Shown here: positions 61,983 through 64,000 of the stretch, in pieces | Numbering within the stretch: the stretch's first letter is position 1 | Layout: every line of letters starts with the position of its first letter | Origin: Epithemia pelagica | Lineage: Eukaryota; Protista; Bacillariophyta | Reading direction: 5' to 3' | Assembly (NCBI GenBank): GCA_946965045.2 | Contig: OX337229.1 | Coordinates: forward strand, 3,162,001 to 3,226,000 | Length of the DNA stretch: 64,000 nucleotides | The notes under the pieces: model-generated | What the model was told of the DNA's origin: nothing | Seen by the model: the letters and a program-made list of their open reading frames with translations, nothing else | The model's database searches: none | Program-made: the position numbers and the translations under genes

Positions 61983-63753
61983 ATGGACCCATTGTCGCTT
62001 GTTTCTCGTCGCTTTCGACGACCCCGATCATGCATTGATGACGACAATAAGAGAGTTCCATTCAACCTGGGAAGTGCTGTGAACTTGGTGCTTCCATGGG
62101 CTGTAATCGCAAGCATCGCTGTGGCAGGAGCGGCGTTATCCGAGTCGCAAAAAGGTGACGATGATATCCTTGAGCGCTTTCTGGTACACGACGCCGAACA
62201 CGTGTTCAATGAAACGCACACACCGCTCTTCCCTCTTTCCAGATCAGACTATATCGGCTTCGGCCTAGCGATTGTCGGCCTCATGGTAGCGGTAAGTAAA
62301 TACCTGGGATTGATTTGGATCTTAGTGCAGCAGATCTAACGATGATATTCATTGCGTGAACAGGCTGGTGGAGGAATTGGAGGAGGAGGGATTCTAGTTC
62401 CGATCTACTGTCTTGTCATGGGTTTCTCACCAAAACATGCCATTCCCCTGAGTAACATAACTGTTTTTGGCGGCTCCGTAGCGAATACAATCCTCAACAC
62501 TCAGAAACGTCATCCATTGGCCGATCGACCACTCGTTGATTGGGATCTCATCCTCGTGATGGAACCACTGAGTAAGTCGGTAACATTCTTTCGATCGTGT
62601 TTGAAAAACCCTTTTCTTGGTCAGCTCATTTATTTCGTCCTCATCGGGAACTGTAGCAATTGCTGGAGCACTGATTGGGGCTTTTCTAAACAAAATTCTT
62701 CCTGAGCTATTATTGACTGTCTTGCTCGTTCTCCTCCTCTCCTTCACGGCGTGGAGTACTCTAAAGAAGGCATTTCGAATGTACAAGAAGGAAACTGAGG
62801 AATTTCGAAAACGAGTTGCTGAATCTGAGCTCACGAGAACATACAACTCTCAACAAACAGAAGATGAGGACGAAGAGGAGGAGTTTGACACAGAAAACTG
62901 TACCGAGATCCAAACCGGTGCTATCGATAGCTCTCAACAGTCCGACAGTGAACATACAAACAAGAAAGACCCTGAGAACGAACAAGACCCCCAAAAAGAG
63001 GCAGAGAGACTACTTGATAAAAGACGACAAGAAGAGCTTGAACAGATTCTTTATGAAGAGTCGCAAGTCCCTGTGGGAAATGTGATGGTGCTTGTTACTC
63101 TTTTTATTGTTGTGCTGGGCATCAACCTTCTCAAAGGAGGAGGAGCGTTCAAAAGTCCATTCGGCATCGAATGTGGGTCTAGGGGCTTTTGGGTTGCAAA
63201 TTTCATCATGTTGGGGTGGATTGTAGTTGTCAGTTTACTGGTGCGAGCCTATCTCGTACGACGATGGGAACAAAAACAGCGATGTGGTTACCAATACTGC
63301 GAGGGTGACATTCAATGGGACGGCAGAGCAACGATCGTGTACCCATTCATTTGTTGCTTTGCAGGCTTCTTTGCAGGAATGTTCGGGGTTGGTGGTGGAA
63401 TTGTAAAAGGCCCTCTCATGCTTGCTATGAACGTACACCCAGCTGTTTCCAGTGCTTCCTCTGCCTGTATGATCCTTTTCACGTCCTTCACAGCGACGAC
63501 ATCTTTCATCGTTTTTGGATTACTGGTACAAGATTATGCCGCGGTATGCCTCGTGATTGGATTCGTAGCTACAATTGCTGGACAGTTGGGTCTTGCGTAC
63601 CTGGCAAAAAAGGCGCAGCGAAACTCTTACATTGCGTTCTCAATCGGGGGTGTCGTGTTTCTCTCCGCCTTTCTGATGACAGTACAATCATTACTCAGTA
63701 TGGCGGAAGGAGAGAAACATCACGCCGGAGGAATCTGTGGAAAAGGCGACTAA
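61983..63753 (+). CDS. Sulfite exporter TauE/SafE-family membrane protein (introns 62292-62363, 62572-62656)
   Basis: AGGGIGGGGILVP, HAIPLS, RPLVDWDL and FAGFFAGMFGVGGGIVKGPLML. Confidence 0.9.
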
Positions 63754-64000
63754 CGGAATGTGATTGCCAAATTCACAAAAATCCAGCGACATCAAAATTC
63801 TGGCGTAACGACTCGTTGACCAGATGCACTGTAAGCGAGATGTATTCCTTCCATAAGAAAATGTTGTACAACATGAAATGTAAACTCCAAGTTTGCATGA
63901 AATGATATCGCCTCAGTTTCTCTTCAGCAGAGTGCGAGTCAATTTTCCTAGTTCCTCGTCTTCTTCAGCTGATTCGTATGGAGTCAGTGTCCACACTTCC

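Noticed and set aside
63900-64000. Possible 3' end of a minus-strand CDS (…EEDEELGKLTRTLLKRN*)
   Set aside because: Truncated by the window edge; too short to assign.

Overview
Compact eukaryotic genomic DNA with short GT-AG introns and short intergenic spacers. Gene content and style suggest a diatom (inference; no database search was run, and all family calls come from recognised motifs). About 19 host genes are present, including EAPP, eIF3k, TRAPPC4, DUF819, an ABC1 kinase, PP2C, Rab5, Cwc21, a DHHC enzyme, SWI3/SMARCC, AP-2 mu, NOC3 and TauE. Roughly 26 kb of the 64 kb is mobile-element-derived, and all of it lies between host genes. (1) A CRE-like non-LTR retrotransposon (~7.8-15.4 kb) has a long ORF1, an ATGA-coupled ORF2 interrupted by one in-frame TGA, RT and RLE domains, and a poly(A) tail. 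(2) A 7,772-bp DNA element (20701-28472) has 21-bp terminal inverted repeats, further subterminal inverted blocks and a perfect 10-bp target duplication (CTTTTGCTGT). It carries only a RecQ-like helicase and a convergent 1735-aa DUF6589-like protein; this is the strongest candidate for an undescribed system. (3) A 764-bp PIF/Harbinger-type MITE has a TAA target duplication. (4) A ~6.7-kb element carries a Transib/RAG1-like transposase facing a convergent partner ORF with a BAH-like N-terminus, an arrangement reminiscent of ProtoRAG. (5) A Harbinger-like transposase lies next to an orphan ORF and two 18-bp tandem arrays. The ABC1 kinase gene is frameshifted by an exact 82-bp tandem duplication.
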